Below are positions 9,818 to 19,281 of a stretch of 64,000 bases of DNA, piece after piece. The stretch's first letter is position 1. The number at the start of each line of letters is the position of its first letter. The notes below the pieces were generated by a model that was not told the DNA's origin, ran no database searches, and worked only from the letters and a program-made list of their open reading frames with translations. The position numbers were made by a program, and so were the translations under genes. The stretch comes from an uncultured Pelagibacteraceae bacterium (lineage in GTDB: Bacteria > Pseudomonadota > Alphaproteobacteria > Pelagibacterales > Pelagibacteraceae): positions 7,053 through 71,052 of the forward strand of contig CACNXU010000001.1 in assembly GCA_902624585.1 (NCBI GenBank), given 5' to 3'.

Positions 9818-9996
9818 AAAAAGTTCAAATTACAGATGATACTGGAAATATAATTAAAGTCGATATCAAAAAGTTTAAAAAACATTTAGATGAATATCAT
9901 TTAAATGGATCAAGTGTTCATGAAGAAAATGGACATTACTTTACAGTTGACCAAAAATTTAGAGATAAAATAAACAGCTTATATGAACAAGAATAA
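9814..9996 (+). CDS. Small hypothetical protein (60 aa, His-containing) between the two permease genes
   Basis: GTGA overlap with livH stop and 14-nt overlap with livM; fills the gap exactly; HLDEYH..VHEENGHYF. Confidence 0.65.
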   Translation: MKKVQITDDTGNIIKVDIKKFKKHLDEYHLNGSSVHEENGHYFTVDQKFRDKINSLYEQE

Positions 9997-11035
9997 TTTA
10001 ATTTTATACTCTGGTATTTTGATTTTCGGTTTAGCAGCGCCATTCCTTTTTCCAGCTTTTAAAGTTCAGTTATCAATACTATGTGTGTTGATAGTTCTTG
10101 CGACTACGTGGAATATCCAAGGTGGAGAGATGGGTTATAATTCATTTGGAAATATTTTGTTTTATGGTCTTGGTATGTATCTTTGCGCATCAGTTCAAGT
10201 TGGAATGTTCTTCCCGTTGGCAGAATGGACGGAGAGTGGAGGTGAGAAAACATTTGTACATACCCCTACTCAGTTTTTTCAAGGAATGGCTGCCGGGTTG
10301 CTTGTTGCAGCTATAGTCCCAACAATTGTTGCTGGTTTAATTGGATATTCAATTCTAGGTCTAAGAGGACATTACTTTGCTATCTGTACATTGGGTTTAG
10401 GAGTGGCTGCAGGTGAAATTTCTGGTGGAATAGAAATTATAGGTGCTGGCCAAGGTTTCACAACACCTCCATTTCCAGATGTTGGAAGTTTAGAAGCAAG
10501 AGGAGAGTTTTTTTATTTCTTAAGTTTCTTTACTTTAATTCTGACATTTATTGCAGTGCGTTCAATTTATTCTACGAGATTTAAATTAATACTTAATGCT
10601 ATTAGAGATAATGAAGATAAAGCCGAAGCTATGGGAATTGAAACAATGAAATATAAAATTATTGGTTGGATGATCTCAGCTTTCTTCTGTGGATTAGCTG
10701 GTGGAATTATGGGGGGATTAGTTGGATACATTGACTCTACCGATGTTGCATTTGATGGTAGAGAGATGGGAGTGTTTATGGTGTTAATGGCAATATTGGG
10801 TGGTAAAGGTACACTTTGGGGTCCAATTATTGGAGCAACTATATTTCATATTTTTAAAGAAGGTTTTTGGACTTTTTTTTTAGGATGGCAGTACGTTGCT
10901 TTAGGAGTATTGATTGTTGTAATTGTAATTTATTTCCCAGAAGGAATTATGGGATGGTTGAGGGAAAAATATCCAGAGCGGTTCGGCGAGGTAGTCGATG
11001 AAAAAGATCGTAAGGCACAGGTAGAACTTAAATGA
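9983..11035 (+). CDS. livM: Liv-type ABC permease (LivM-like)
   Basis: LRGHYFAICTLG, AIRDNEDKAEAMGI, ILGGKGTLWGP. Confidence 0.9.
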   Translation: MNKNNLILYSGILIFGLAAPFLFPAFKVQLSILCVLIVLATTWNIQGGEMGYNSFGNILFYGLGMYLCASVQVGMFFPLAEWTESGGEKTFVHTPTQFFQGMAAGLLVAAIVPTIVAGLIGYSILGLRGHYFAICTLGLGVAAGEISGGIEIIGAGQGFTTPPFPDVGSLEARGEFFYFLSFFTLILTFIAVRSIYSTRFKLILNAIRDNEDKAEAMGIETMKYKIIGWMISAFFCGLAGGIMGGLVGYIDSTDVAFDGREMGVFMVLMAILGGKGTLWGPIIGATIFHIFKEGFWTFFLGWQYVALGVLIVVIVIYFPEGIMGWLREKYPERFGEVVDEKDRKAQVELK

Positions 11036-11772
11036 GTATTTTAGAAGTCAATAATGTAAGTAAATCATTTGGGGGTGTTAAAGCTAATGTCGATATTTCT
11101 ATGAATGTTGAAAAAGGCAAGATAGTTGGTTTAATTGGTCCAAATGGATCAGGTAAAACTACTTTATTTAATTCCATTGTAGGAACTTATCCAATTGATC
11201 AAGGGTCTATTAAATTTAATGGCAAAGAAGTTTCTGAATTGCCAGTGCCTGTTATTGCAAAATTAGGTCTATTAAGGACATTTCAGCAAACTAGAATTTA
11301 TGGAAAATTAAATTGCATTGAAAATATGCTTATCAGCCACAAAGGTAGTGATGCAAATTTAATGAAAATTTTTTCAAAAATTCCACAAGAATTAACAGAT
11401 AAAGCTGAGAATTTATTAAATTTTGTTGGATTATATCAAAAAAGAAAACTAAGAGCTGGTGATCTTTCGTTTGGCCAACAAAAGTTATTAGAACTTGCAA
11501 TGGCTTTAATGAATGAACCTGAAATGCTTTTGTTAGATGAGCCCACAGCAGGAATAAATCCAACCTTAATTAATGGAATTATCGATAGATTAATAAAAGT
11601 AAATAAAGATTTTGGAATTACTCTTTTAGTAATAGAGCACAATATGAGAGTTATCATGCAGCTTGCAGAAAATATATTCTGTTTAGCACATGGAAAAATG
11701 TTAGCCAATGGTACACCTGAGGAAATTAAAAATGACAAGCGTGTTATCGATGCATATTTGGGGGCACAATAA
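11032..11772 (+). CDS. livG: Liv-type ABC ATPase (LivG-like)
   Basis: GPNGSGKT, LSFGQQK, LLLDEP, IEHNM. Confidence 0.92.
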   Translation: MSILEVNNVSKSFGGVKANVDISMNVEKGKIVGLIGPNGSGKTTLFNSIVGTYPIDQGSIKFNGKEVSELPVPVIAKLGLLRTFQQTRIYGKLNCIENMLISHKGSDANLMKIFSKIPQELTDKAENLLNFVGLYQKRKLRAGDLSFGQQKLLELAMALMNEPEMLLLDEPTAGINPTLINGIIDRLIKVNKDFGITLLVIEHNMRVIMQLAENIFCLAHGKMLANGTPEEIKNDKRVIDAYLGAQ

Positions 11773-12557
11773 TGGCAAACCAATATGAAGTTTTAGGTAA
11801 GGCTCCAACTGCAGATGATTTGAAAAAGTTATCTCCTAATGAAATTCATTTAACAATTAAAAATTTAAATGCAGGTTATGGTAAAATGGAAATTCTGCAT
11901 AATTTTGATTTATTTGTAAATAAAGCACAATCATTATGTTTGATTGGTCCAAATGGTGCTGGTAAGTCTACAATTCTTCACTCAATATATGGCTTTACAA
12001 ATATTTTTTCTGGTCAAATTGAACTTGAAGGAAAAGAAATTACAAATCTTACACCTGCTGAAAAATTAAAGTCTGTAGGTATAGCTTATATATTGCAGGA
12101 TAATTCAGTATTTCCAGATATGACGGTAGAGGAAAACTTATTAATGGGAGGATATATAAAAGAAAAAACAGATGAGTCATTTGAAGAGGCTGAAAGAATT
12201 TTTGAAAAATATGAAAGGTTAAGAAATAGAAGAAACCAACCTGCAAAAGTTTTATCAGGTGGAGAAAGAAGACTATTAGAAATATCAAGAGCCCTAGTAA
12301 TGAAGCCTTCGATACTTTTAGTTGATGAGCCTTCAATAGGACTTGAACCAAGATATATTGAAATGGTTTTTGAAATATTAAGAGATCTCCAAGAAAATGA
12401 AAAAAAAACTATAATACTTGTTGAGCAAAATGCAAAAAAAGGTTTAGAGTTTGCTGACATTGGATACGTTCTAGTATCTGGTCAAACTGCAATAGCTGGA
12501 AAAGGTGACGATTTACTTAAAAACCCTGATGTTGGTAGACTTTTCCTTGGTGGTTAA
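11772..12557 (+). CDS. livF: Liv-type ABC ATPase (LivF-like)
   Basis: GPNGAGKS, LSGGE, DEPSIGL, VEQNA. Confidence 0.92.
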   Translation: MANQYEVLGKAPTADDLKKLSPNEIHLTIKNLNAGYGKMEILHNFDLFVNKAQSLCLIGPNGAGKSTILHSIYGFTNIFSGQIELEGKEITNLTPAEKLKSVGIAYILQDNSVFPDMTVEENLLMGGYIKEKTDESFEEAERIFEKYERLRNRRNQPAKVLSGGERRLLEISRALVMKPSILLVDEPSIGLEPRYIEMVFEILRDLQENEKKTIILVEQNAKKGLEFADIGYVLVSGQTAIAGKGDDLLKNPDVGRLFLGG

Positions 12558-13261
12558 TGATCAGCAAAAAATATTATTTTCAAGGATACAGGTCTATCCT
12601 TACTTATGATAGTCCAGCAATAGCTCTAACTTGTTGTTTCATTGCAATCGGAGCCCTTTTTAAAAATTTAGGTTTTAATATTCAAGAAAGTATCTTTTCT
12701 ACAGTTTTAACATACGCTTTGCCTGGCTCTTTAGTTATGGCCGAGTCTATGTTGATAGGTGCTTCTCTTTTAAATATTTTTTTAGCTGTGTGGTTTGTTA
12801 ACGCTAGACTATACCCTATGGCTGTATCGTTGTTTCCTTTAATGATGCATAAAAGTCAACCTAAGTGGAAATATTACTTCTCTTGTCACTTTATTGCAGT
12901 TTCTGCGTGGTTAATAATGAAAAGTAATTATAAAAAAATACCAAAAGAGTACAGGATTGATTATTGGATTGGAATAGGAAGCGCCACTGTTAGCGTGTCT
13001 GTAATCGGAACATTTATTGGATTTTCTTTCTCTGAATATTTAAATAAAGATATGATGATGGGCTTAGCAATTCTTAATCCAGTTTACTTTCTATGCATGA
13101 TGGTTGGAGCTGCAAAAACTATTCAGATTACTTTATCAGTTGTACTAGGTTTAATTTTAGGTCCAATTATTTATTTATTATCACCTGAATGGTCAATTTT
13201 ATTAGCAGGCATCATAGGTGGAACTGTTGCTTATTTATTAGGAGAATATAATGTCAGCTAA
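12557..13261 (+). CDS. azlC: AzlC family exporter, large subunit
   Basis: Hydrophobic, YALPGS and VNARLYPM motifs, followed by AzlD-like gene. Confidence 0.8.
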   Translation: MISKKYYFQGYRSILTYDSPAIALTCCFIAIGALFKNLGFNIQESIFSTVLTYALPGSLVMAESMLIGASLLNIFLAVWFVNARLYPMAVSLFPLMMHKSQPKWKYYFSCHFIAVSAWLIMKSNYKKIPKEYRIDYWIGIGSATVSVSVIGTFIGFSFSEYLNKDMMMGLAILNPVYFLCMMVGAAKTIQITLSVVLGLILGPIIYLLSPEWSILLAGIIGGTVAYLLGEYNVS

Positions 13262-13574
13262 TATCGTTTATGCAATTTTAGTTACATCTTTAGCAACTTT
13301 TTTATCAAGATTTTTAGGTGCTATTACATCTCAAGGTATAAAGGAAACATCTAAATTATTTAAATGGTTTAATTGTCTAGCTTATGCGACTTTGGCAGCA
13401 TTAATTGCAAGAACCATAATTTTTCCTGCTGGTATTTTAATGGACGCAAGCTATTCAAGCAGGTTATCAGTAGTTTTATTATCTGTATTTGTATTTTTTA
13501 TTTCAAAGAAAAATTTTGTCTATCCAACTATTTTCTCAGCTATTTGTATGGCAGTCATAAATAATTATATTTAA
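13251..13574 (+). CDS. azlD: AzlD family exporter, small subunit
   Basis: 107-aa hydrophobic protein, ATFLSRFLG, overlapping azlC. Confidence 0.75.
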   Translation: MSANIVYAILVTSLATFLSRFLGAITSQGIKETSKLFKWFNCLAYATLAALIARTIIFPAGILMDASYSSRLSVVLLSVFVFFISKKNFVYPTIFSAICMAVINNYI

Positions 13575-13580
13575 TTAAAA

Positions 13581-13609
13581 TTGATTTATAGAATAAGGTA
13601 AAATAAAAT
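13581..13609 (+). promoter_or_regulatory. Putative internal promoter giving a (near-)leaderless csiD transcript
   Basis: TTGATT-N17-TAAAAT, 5 nt before ATG 13615. Confidence 0.5.
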
Positions 13610-13614
13610 TAAGA

Positions 13615-14526
13615 ATGCAAAATATTAAAGGAATAGAAATAGCTAAACATGATAAATCAAATAGGATTATCAAAATAAGTTTAGAAAATGAGATTATTGA
13701 TAAATTGATCTTTCCTTTTAATAAATTTGATTTAACTGCATTAGAGCTAAGACCGTTCACCAGATTTACCATAGCAAAAAGCTTAGATGATTTAACAAAT
13801 AATAAATTAAGTGAATTGATGAATTCAATTATAAGAGATAGATCAACTGGTTGTTTTATGATTGGGCCTAAAAATGTGACTTCGAAGATTAATGATACTT
13901 TTTTAGTAAAACTTTCAACTGCAATTGCCCACTTAATTGGTGTACCTAATCATGATGCAATGACTGGAAAATATTATGCAAGGTTTCAAGTAAAACATGA
14001 GGACAGTAGTGATTCTTATTTAAGAAAGGCTTATAGAAATATGGATCTTCATACAGATGGAACATATGTTAAAGAAGTAACTGACTGGTTAATTATGACA
14101 AAAATTGATGAACAAAATGTAGAAGGGGGAGAAACAGCAATGCTGCATCTTGATGATTGGGAGCATTGTGATGATTTATATGAAGATCCCGTAGGAAGGC
14201 AAAATTTTGTATGGGGATCGCCTAAAAGTAAAAATATTGATTATAAAGTTGAGCATCCAGTTTTTTCAAGTGATAAAGAAGGAAGGCCAACAATATCTTA
14301 CATTGACCAATTCCCTGAACCACAAAATATGGAGCAAGGAAATTTTTTACAGAGATTATCAGATGGTTTAGAGGAGAGTAAAAACAAAATTGTTACCAAA
14401 TTACCAGTCGGCTATTCTGTAATCGCTAATAATTATTTTTGGCTTCATGGTAGAAAACCTTTTAAAGAAAATACTGAATTAACTAGGGAATTGCTAAGAA
14501 TTAGAGGTTCTTTTTTTGTTAATTAA
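13615..14526 (+). CDS. csiD: Glutarate 2-hydroxylase (CsiD/GlaH), Fe(II)/2OG dioxygenase
   Basis: DAMTGKYYARF, SDSYLR, LHTDGTYVKE (HxD), LHLDDWEH, YIDQF, NNYFWLHGR as in CsiD. Confidence 0.92.
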   Translation: MQNIKGIEIAKHDKSNRIIKISLENEIIDKLIFPFNKFDLTALELRPFTRFTIAKSLDDLTNNKLSELMNSIIRDRSTGCFMIGPKNVTSKINDTFLVKLSTAIAHLIGVPNHDAMTGKYYARFQVKHEDSSDSYLRKAYRNMDLHTDGTYVKEVTDWLIMTKIDEQNVEGGETAMLHLDDWEHCDDLYEDPVGRQNFVWGSPKSKNIDYKVEHPVFSSDKEGRPTISYIDQFPEPQNMEQGNFLQRLSDGLEESKNKIVTKLPVGYSVIANNYFWLHGRKPFKENTELTRELLRIRGSFFVN

Positions 14527-14558
14527 TTAAATAATATCAATATAAAGTAACCAAATTT

Positions 14559-15326
14559 ATGAAATTAGGATTTATTGGTACTGGGAAAATAGCATCTTCT
14601 GTAATAACTGGAATATGTAAATCTAAAATTAAATTTAATAAGATTTTAATTTCAGCAAGAAACAAAACAGTAGCTCAAAATCTAAATAAAAAATTTAAAA
14701 AAGTAACTATTGCTAAAAATAATCAGCAAATTGTAGATGACTGTAATTGGGTTTTTCTCTCAGTAACCCCAAGTGTTGGAGAAAAAATTATTAAAAATTT
14801 AAAATTCAAATCTAATCAAACTATTATTAGCTTTATCTCTACTATAACTTTGGCTCGATTAAAAAAGGATATTAAAGTTAGAGCACAGATCGTTAGAGCT
14901 ATTCCATTACCTCCAATATCGTTAAAAAAAGGCCCTGTTCCTATTTGTCCACCAAATAGAAAAGTAAAGGAATTTTTCAATCATCTTGGAACAACAGTAG
15001 AAATCAAAAACGAAAAATCCTCCATAAATTTTTGGTCTACTTCAGGCATGATGGCTCCTTTTTATGAGTTATTAAGAGTTATGACAGATTGGTTAGTCAA
15101 ACATGGAGTAAAAAGAGATAATGCACAAAAATATATAACCTCTTTATTTTTAGCTTTATCTGAGGATGCTGTAGTCAATTCAAAATTAAATTTAAAACAT
15201 TTGGTAAAAGAATCTCAAACACCAAAAGGATTAAATGAACAAGGAGTAAGAGAGCTCACAAAAGCAAAATTTTACAAGTCGATCGAAAAAACATTAAATA
15301 GTATTCATAAAAGATTAAGTAAATAA
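14559..15326 (+). CDS. Pyrroline-5-carboxylate reductase family protein (ProC-like)
   Basis: GFIGTGKIA, RAIPLPP, TPKGLNEQG. Confidence 0.8.
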   Translation: MKLGFIGTGKIASSVITGICKSKIKFNKILISARNKTVAQNLNKKFKKVTIAKNNQQIVDDCNWVFLSVTPSVGEKIIKNLKFKSNQTIISFISTITLARLKKDIKVRAQIVRAIPLPPISLKKGPVPICPPNRKVKEFFNHLGTTVEIKNEKSSINFWSTSGMMAPFYELLRVMTDWLVKHGVKRDNAQKYITSLFLALSEDAVVNSKLNLKHLVKESQTPKGLNEQGVRELTKAKFYKSIEKTLNSIHKRLSK

Positions 15327-15331
15327 TTTAA

Positions 15332-16120
15332 ATGTCAGATAATATTTTAGAAATTAATGAATTATCAAAATATTTTGGAGGGTTAGCTGCAGTTTCAGAC
15401 TGTTCATTAAAAGTAAAGAGAGGCACCATTACAGGGATTATAGGTCCAAATGGATCTGGAAAAACAACTTTGTTTAATTTAATAGCTGGAAACTTAAAGT
15501 CTTCATCAGGAGACGTAATTTTTAATGAAGAAAATATTACAGATATTCCAGCTCATGAATTATTTGGAAAAGGGTTATTAAGAACTTTTCAAATAGCTCA
15601 CGAGTTCTCAAATTTATCAGTACTAGAAAATTTAATGATGGTCCCAGCTAATCAAACTGGTGAAAATTTATTAAATACTTTTATTAAACCAAGCATAGTT
15701 AAAAAAGAAGAAGAGCAGATAAGGGTTAAAGCTTATGAGGTCGTTGAATTTTTAAATCTTAAACATCTAGCTAACGAAAGGGCAGGAAACTTATCAGGAG
15801 GACAAAAAAAATTATTAGAACTCGGTAGAACAATGATGGTTGATGCAAAACTTGTGCTCTTAGATGAAGTGGGAGCAGGGGTTAACAGAACCTTACTTAA
15901 AGACTTAGGTACAGCTATTTTAAAATTAAATAAAGAAAAGAATTATACTTTTTGTATGATTGAACATGATATGGATTTTATTAGTAGAATGTGTGATCCT
16001 GTTATTGTTATGGCAGAAGGATCAGTTTTATTTGAGGGAACTTCAGACGAAGTTAAAAAAAATGAAAAAGTTATAGAAAGTTATTTAGGTAGATCTAATG
16101 TTACGGGAGATAAAGCATAA
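15332..16120 (+). CDS. livG: Liv-type ABC ATPase (LivG-like), second system
   Basis: GPNGSGKT, LSGGQKK, LLDEVGAG, IEHDM. Confidence 0.92.
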   Translation: MSDNILEINELSKYFGGLAAVSDCSLKVKRGTITGIIGPNGSGKTTLFNLIAGNLKSSSGDVIFNEENITDIPAHELFGKGLLRTFQIAHEFSNLSVLENLMMVPANQTGENLLNTFIKPSIVKKEEEQIRVKAYEVVEFLNLKHLANERAGNLSGGQKKLLELGRTMMVDAKLVLLDEVGAGVNRTLLKDLGTAILKLNKEKNYTFCMIEHDMDFISRMCDPVIVMAEGSVLFEGTSDEVKKNEKVIESYLGRSNVTGDKA

Positions 16121-16827
16121 TGGCTTTTTTTGAAGGAAAACAAATGACAGCTGGTTATGGAGATGGTCCTGATATTATTAGCTCATGTAGCATAAGCGCA
16201 AATAGAGGAGAGATCGTTGCAATTTTAGGTCCTAATGGAGCTGGAAAATCTACCGCAATGAAAGCAATGTTAGGGCTTTTAAATTTAAAGTCTGGAAGTG
16301 TAACTCTTGATGGAGAGGAAATTTCTAAAATTTCACCACAAGACAGAGTGAAACAAGGTATTTCATTTGTACCTCAAACAAGAAATGTATTTGCAGAGCT
16401 TACAGTTAGAGAAAACTTAGAAATTGGAGGCTTCTTAAGAGAAGAAGGTTTAGATCAAATGATAGAAAATATATACAATTTATTTCCTATATTAAGTGAA
16501 AAAAAATCACAAATAGTTGGACAATTATCTGGTGGTCAAAGGCAACAAGTAGCTCTTGGTAGAGCACTAATGAGCGAACCTTCTGTTTTAATGTTAGATG
16601 AACCAACTGCCGGTGTTTCTCCGATCGTGATGGATGAACTATTTGAACATATTATTAAAGTTAAAAAGACAAATGTTGCGATAATAATGGTTGAACAAAA
16701 TGCTAAACAAGCTCTAAGCATATCAGATCGAGGATACGTTTTAGTAACAGGACAAAATAAATTTGAGGGATCGGGTGAAGAATTGCTAAATGATCCAGAG
16801 GTTAGACGATCGTTTTTAGGAGGATAA
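16120..16827 (+). CDS. livF: Liv-type ABC ATPase (LivF-like), second system
   Basis: GPNGAGKS, LSGGQRQ, LDEPTAG, VEQNA. Confidence 0.92.
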   Translation: MAFFEGKQMTAGYGDGPDIISSCSISANRGEIVAILGPNGAGKSTAMKAMLGLLNLKSGSVTLDGEEISKISPQDRVKQGISFVPQTRNVFAELTVRENLEIGGFLREEGLDQMIENIYNLFPILSEKKSQIVGQLSGGQRQQVALGRALMSEPSVLMLDEPTAGVSPIVMDELFEHIIKVKKTNVAIIMVEQNAKQALSISDRGYVLVTGQNKFEGSGEELLNDPEVRRSFLGG

Positions 16828-17837
16828 TGGACTTTATAAATGCAATAGTTGTTCTAACAAATTTTACAATAATACCAGCCTTAGCTTATGGATCTCAATT
16901 AGCATTAGGTGCAATTTTTGTAACTTTAATTTATGCAGTTTTGAGATTTGCAAATTTTGCTACTGGAGACATGATGTCATTTGGAACTATGTTTGCAGTG
17001 CTATTAACATATTATTTCCAATCAATTGGTTTAGGTCTTGGTTTTTTACCTACAGCACTTTTGACAATCCCTTTTGCTATCATAATGATGATTTTATATA
17101 TGCTGTTAATTGATAAATTTGTTTTTAGCTATTATAGGATAAAAAAAAGCCCTCCAGTTCAATTCGCAATGGTAAGTGTTGGTGTAATGTTTGTTACTCA
17201 AGCAATTATAAGAATTATTATAGGTCCATCTGATAGAAGATTTTTAGATGGGGAAAAATTTATTTTAAAAGCAACAGAATTTAAAGAAATGACTGGTTTA
17301 AATGAAGGTCTAACACTTAAATCAACACAAGCCATAACAATTGTTGTAACTCTCATAATAGTTTCAATAATGTTTTGGTTTCTTAATAAAACAAAAACTG
17401 GGACCAGTATGCGAGCTTATTCAGATAATGAGGATTTAGCTTTACTTTCAGGTATAGATCCAAAAAGAGTTGTACTTATAACTTGGGTAATTGCTGGAGT
17501 TTTAGCTACTGTTGGTGGTATTTTATACGGTTTGGATAAAAGTTACCGACCATTTGTATACTTTAATAACATGTTACCTATATTTGCAGCCGCAATAGTA
17601 GGAGGAATTGGAAATCCTTTTGGTGCCTTTCTTGGTGGCTATGTAATAGCTTTTGCAGAAATACTTATAACATATGCTTATAAAAGATTTATAGCCTACT
17701 TGGTGCCTGAAAGCATGGAACCAGACTCTCTAATGCAGTTATTATCTACTGATTATAAATTTGCAGTCTCATTTTCAATTTTAGTAATAGTCTTATTGAT
17801 AAGACCTTCTGGAATATTTAAAGGAAAAACAATATGA
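16827..17837 (+). CDS. livH: Liv-type ABC permease (LivH-like), second system
   Basis: LRFANFATGD, MRAYSDNEDLALLSGI, GGIGNPFGA. Confidence 0.9.
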   Translation: MDFINAIVVLTNFTIIPALAYGSQLALGAIFVTLIYAVLRFANFATGDMMSFGTMFAVLLTYYFQSIGLGLGFLPTALLTIPFAIIMMILYMLLIDKFVFSYYRIKKSPPVQFAMVSVGVMFVTQAIIRIIIGPSDRRFLDGEKFILKATEFKEMTGLNEGLTLKSTQAITIVVTLIIVSIMFWFLNKTKTGTSMRAYSDNEDLALLSGIDPKRVVLITWVIAGVLATVGGILYGLDKSYRPFVYFNNMLPIFAAAIVGGIGNPFGAFLGGYVIAFAEILITYAYKRFIAYLVPESMEPDSLMQLLSTDYKFAVSFSILVIVLLIRPSGIFKGKTI

Positions 17838-19204
17838 GAAAGTATTCGAATATAATAGCCGCTTACTCAATAATGCTAGTATTAATTTTATTAGTTGGGA
17901 TTTTTCAATCCTGGTCAATTGCCCTTACAATTCTAAATTATTGCTTAATTTCTGCAGTTATGACAATTGGAGCTAACATACAATGGGGTTATGCTGGACT
18001 AATAAATTTTGGAATAATGGGTTACACAGCTCTAGGTGGTTTAGCAGTTGTCCTGGTATCTGTAGATCCTGTGCAACAAGCATGGCAAGCTGGTGGATTG
18101 AATATTCTTATTTGTTTTTGGATAATTGTAGTGATGGTGGTTTTAATTCGTTACTTATTAAAATATTTTAATAAATCTAAATATAGAACTTACGGCATTG
18201 CATTTGTAATAATTGGTGGAATTTTATTATTAAGATTGACTGCAACTCCAGGAATAGAAGCAATAGAGGCAGTTGATCCTGCTAAAACAGGATTTCTTGG
18301 AGGCATGGGATTGCCAGTTTTATTCTCTTGGATAGGCGGAGCTTTTTTAGCTGGTGGTTTAGCTTTCATTGTTGGTAAAATAGCATTAGGGCTTAGAGCT
18401 GATTATTTGGCTATTGCTACATTATTAATTGCGGAAATAGTTGTTTCTATAATAAAGCATGAAGAATGGTTAGCAAGAGGTGTTAAAAATGTAATTGGTT
18501 TAAAAAGACCAGCACCTTATGAAATAGATCTTCAAACTTCACAATGGTTTATTAATTTAGTTGAGAAATTTCATTCTAAAAAACTAAGTATGATTAATTC
18601 AATTACTGAGAGACAAGATGCCCTCAGTCAATTTGTTATTGATGCCTCTTCTGTTTACGTCAAACTTTGTTTTACTGGATTATTTTTATCTGTCGTAATT
18701 GTTTTATTGATTGTGACACAAAAGGCTCTTTATTCACCTTGGGGAAGAAAAATGAGAGCAATAAGAGATAATGAAGAAGCAGCAAGTGCAATGGGAAAAA
18801 ATATAGTTAAAGAGCACTTATTTATTTTTATTTTGGGGTCAGCTATTGTTGGCATTGCTGGAGCAATGATGGTTACAAATGATGGTTTATTTACACCGGG
18901 AAGTTATAGACCAATGAGATATACATTTGTAATTTGGGTAATGGTTATAGTTGGAGGCACAGGTAATAATTTTGGTGCAATATTAGGAGGATTTGTTGTT
19001 TGGTTCTTGTGGGTGGAAGCTGCTCCTATGGCTTTATTTTTAATAAATTTATTTACATCTCATTTACCTGAGACAAATTCAGTAAGAGTTCATTTAATAG
19101 AAAGTGCACCATATTTTAGATTCTTAGTTATAGGAATAGGGTTATTAACTATAATGAGGTATCGACCTAAAGGTATACTTCCAGAAAAAATAGAAATAAA
19201 GTAA
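17834..19204 (+). CDS. livM: Liv-type ABC permease (LivM-like), second system
   Basis: WGYAGLINFG, LRADYLAIATL, SPWGRKMRAIRDNE, VGGTGNNFGA. Confidence 0.9.
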   Translation: MRKYSNIIAAYSIMLVLILLVGIFQSWSIALTILNYCLISAVMTIGANIQWGYAGLINFGIMGYTALGGLAVVLVSVDPVQQAWQAGGLNILICFWIIVVMVVLIRYLLKYFNKSKYRTYGIAFVIIGGILLLRLTATPGIEAIEAVDPAKTGFLGGMGLPVLFSWIGGAFLAGGLAFIVGKIALGLRADYLAIATLLIAEIVVSIIKHEEWLARGVKNVIGLKRPAPYEIDLQTSQWFINLVEKFHSKKLSMINSITERQDALSQFVIDASSVYVKLCFTGLFLSVVIVLLIVTQKALYSPWGRKMRAIRDNEEAASAMGKNIVKEHLFIFILGSAIVGIAGAMMVTNDGLFTPGSYRPMRYTFVIWVMVIVGGTGNNFGAILGGFVVWFLWVEAAPMALFLINLFTSHLPETNSVRVHLIESAPYFRFLVIGIGLLTIMRYRPKGILPEKIEIK

Positions 19205-19209
19205 ATCAA

Positions 19210-19281
19210 ATGAAATATATTATATTAGGTGCTGCTGCTGCTTGGGCTTTGTATATGGCTGATAAGTATTTATTCTTTTAA
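19210..19281 (+). CDS. Small hydrophobic peptide, 23 aa (MKYIILGAAAAWALYMADKYLFF), absent from the ORF track
   Basis: ATG 5 nt after livM stop; TAA overlaps MFS ATG (TAATG); single TM-like helix. Confidence 0.55.
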   Translation: MKYIILGAAAAWALYMADKYLFF

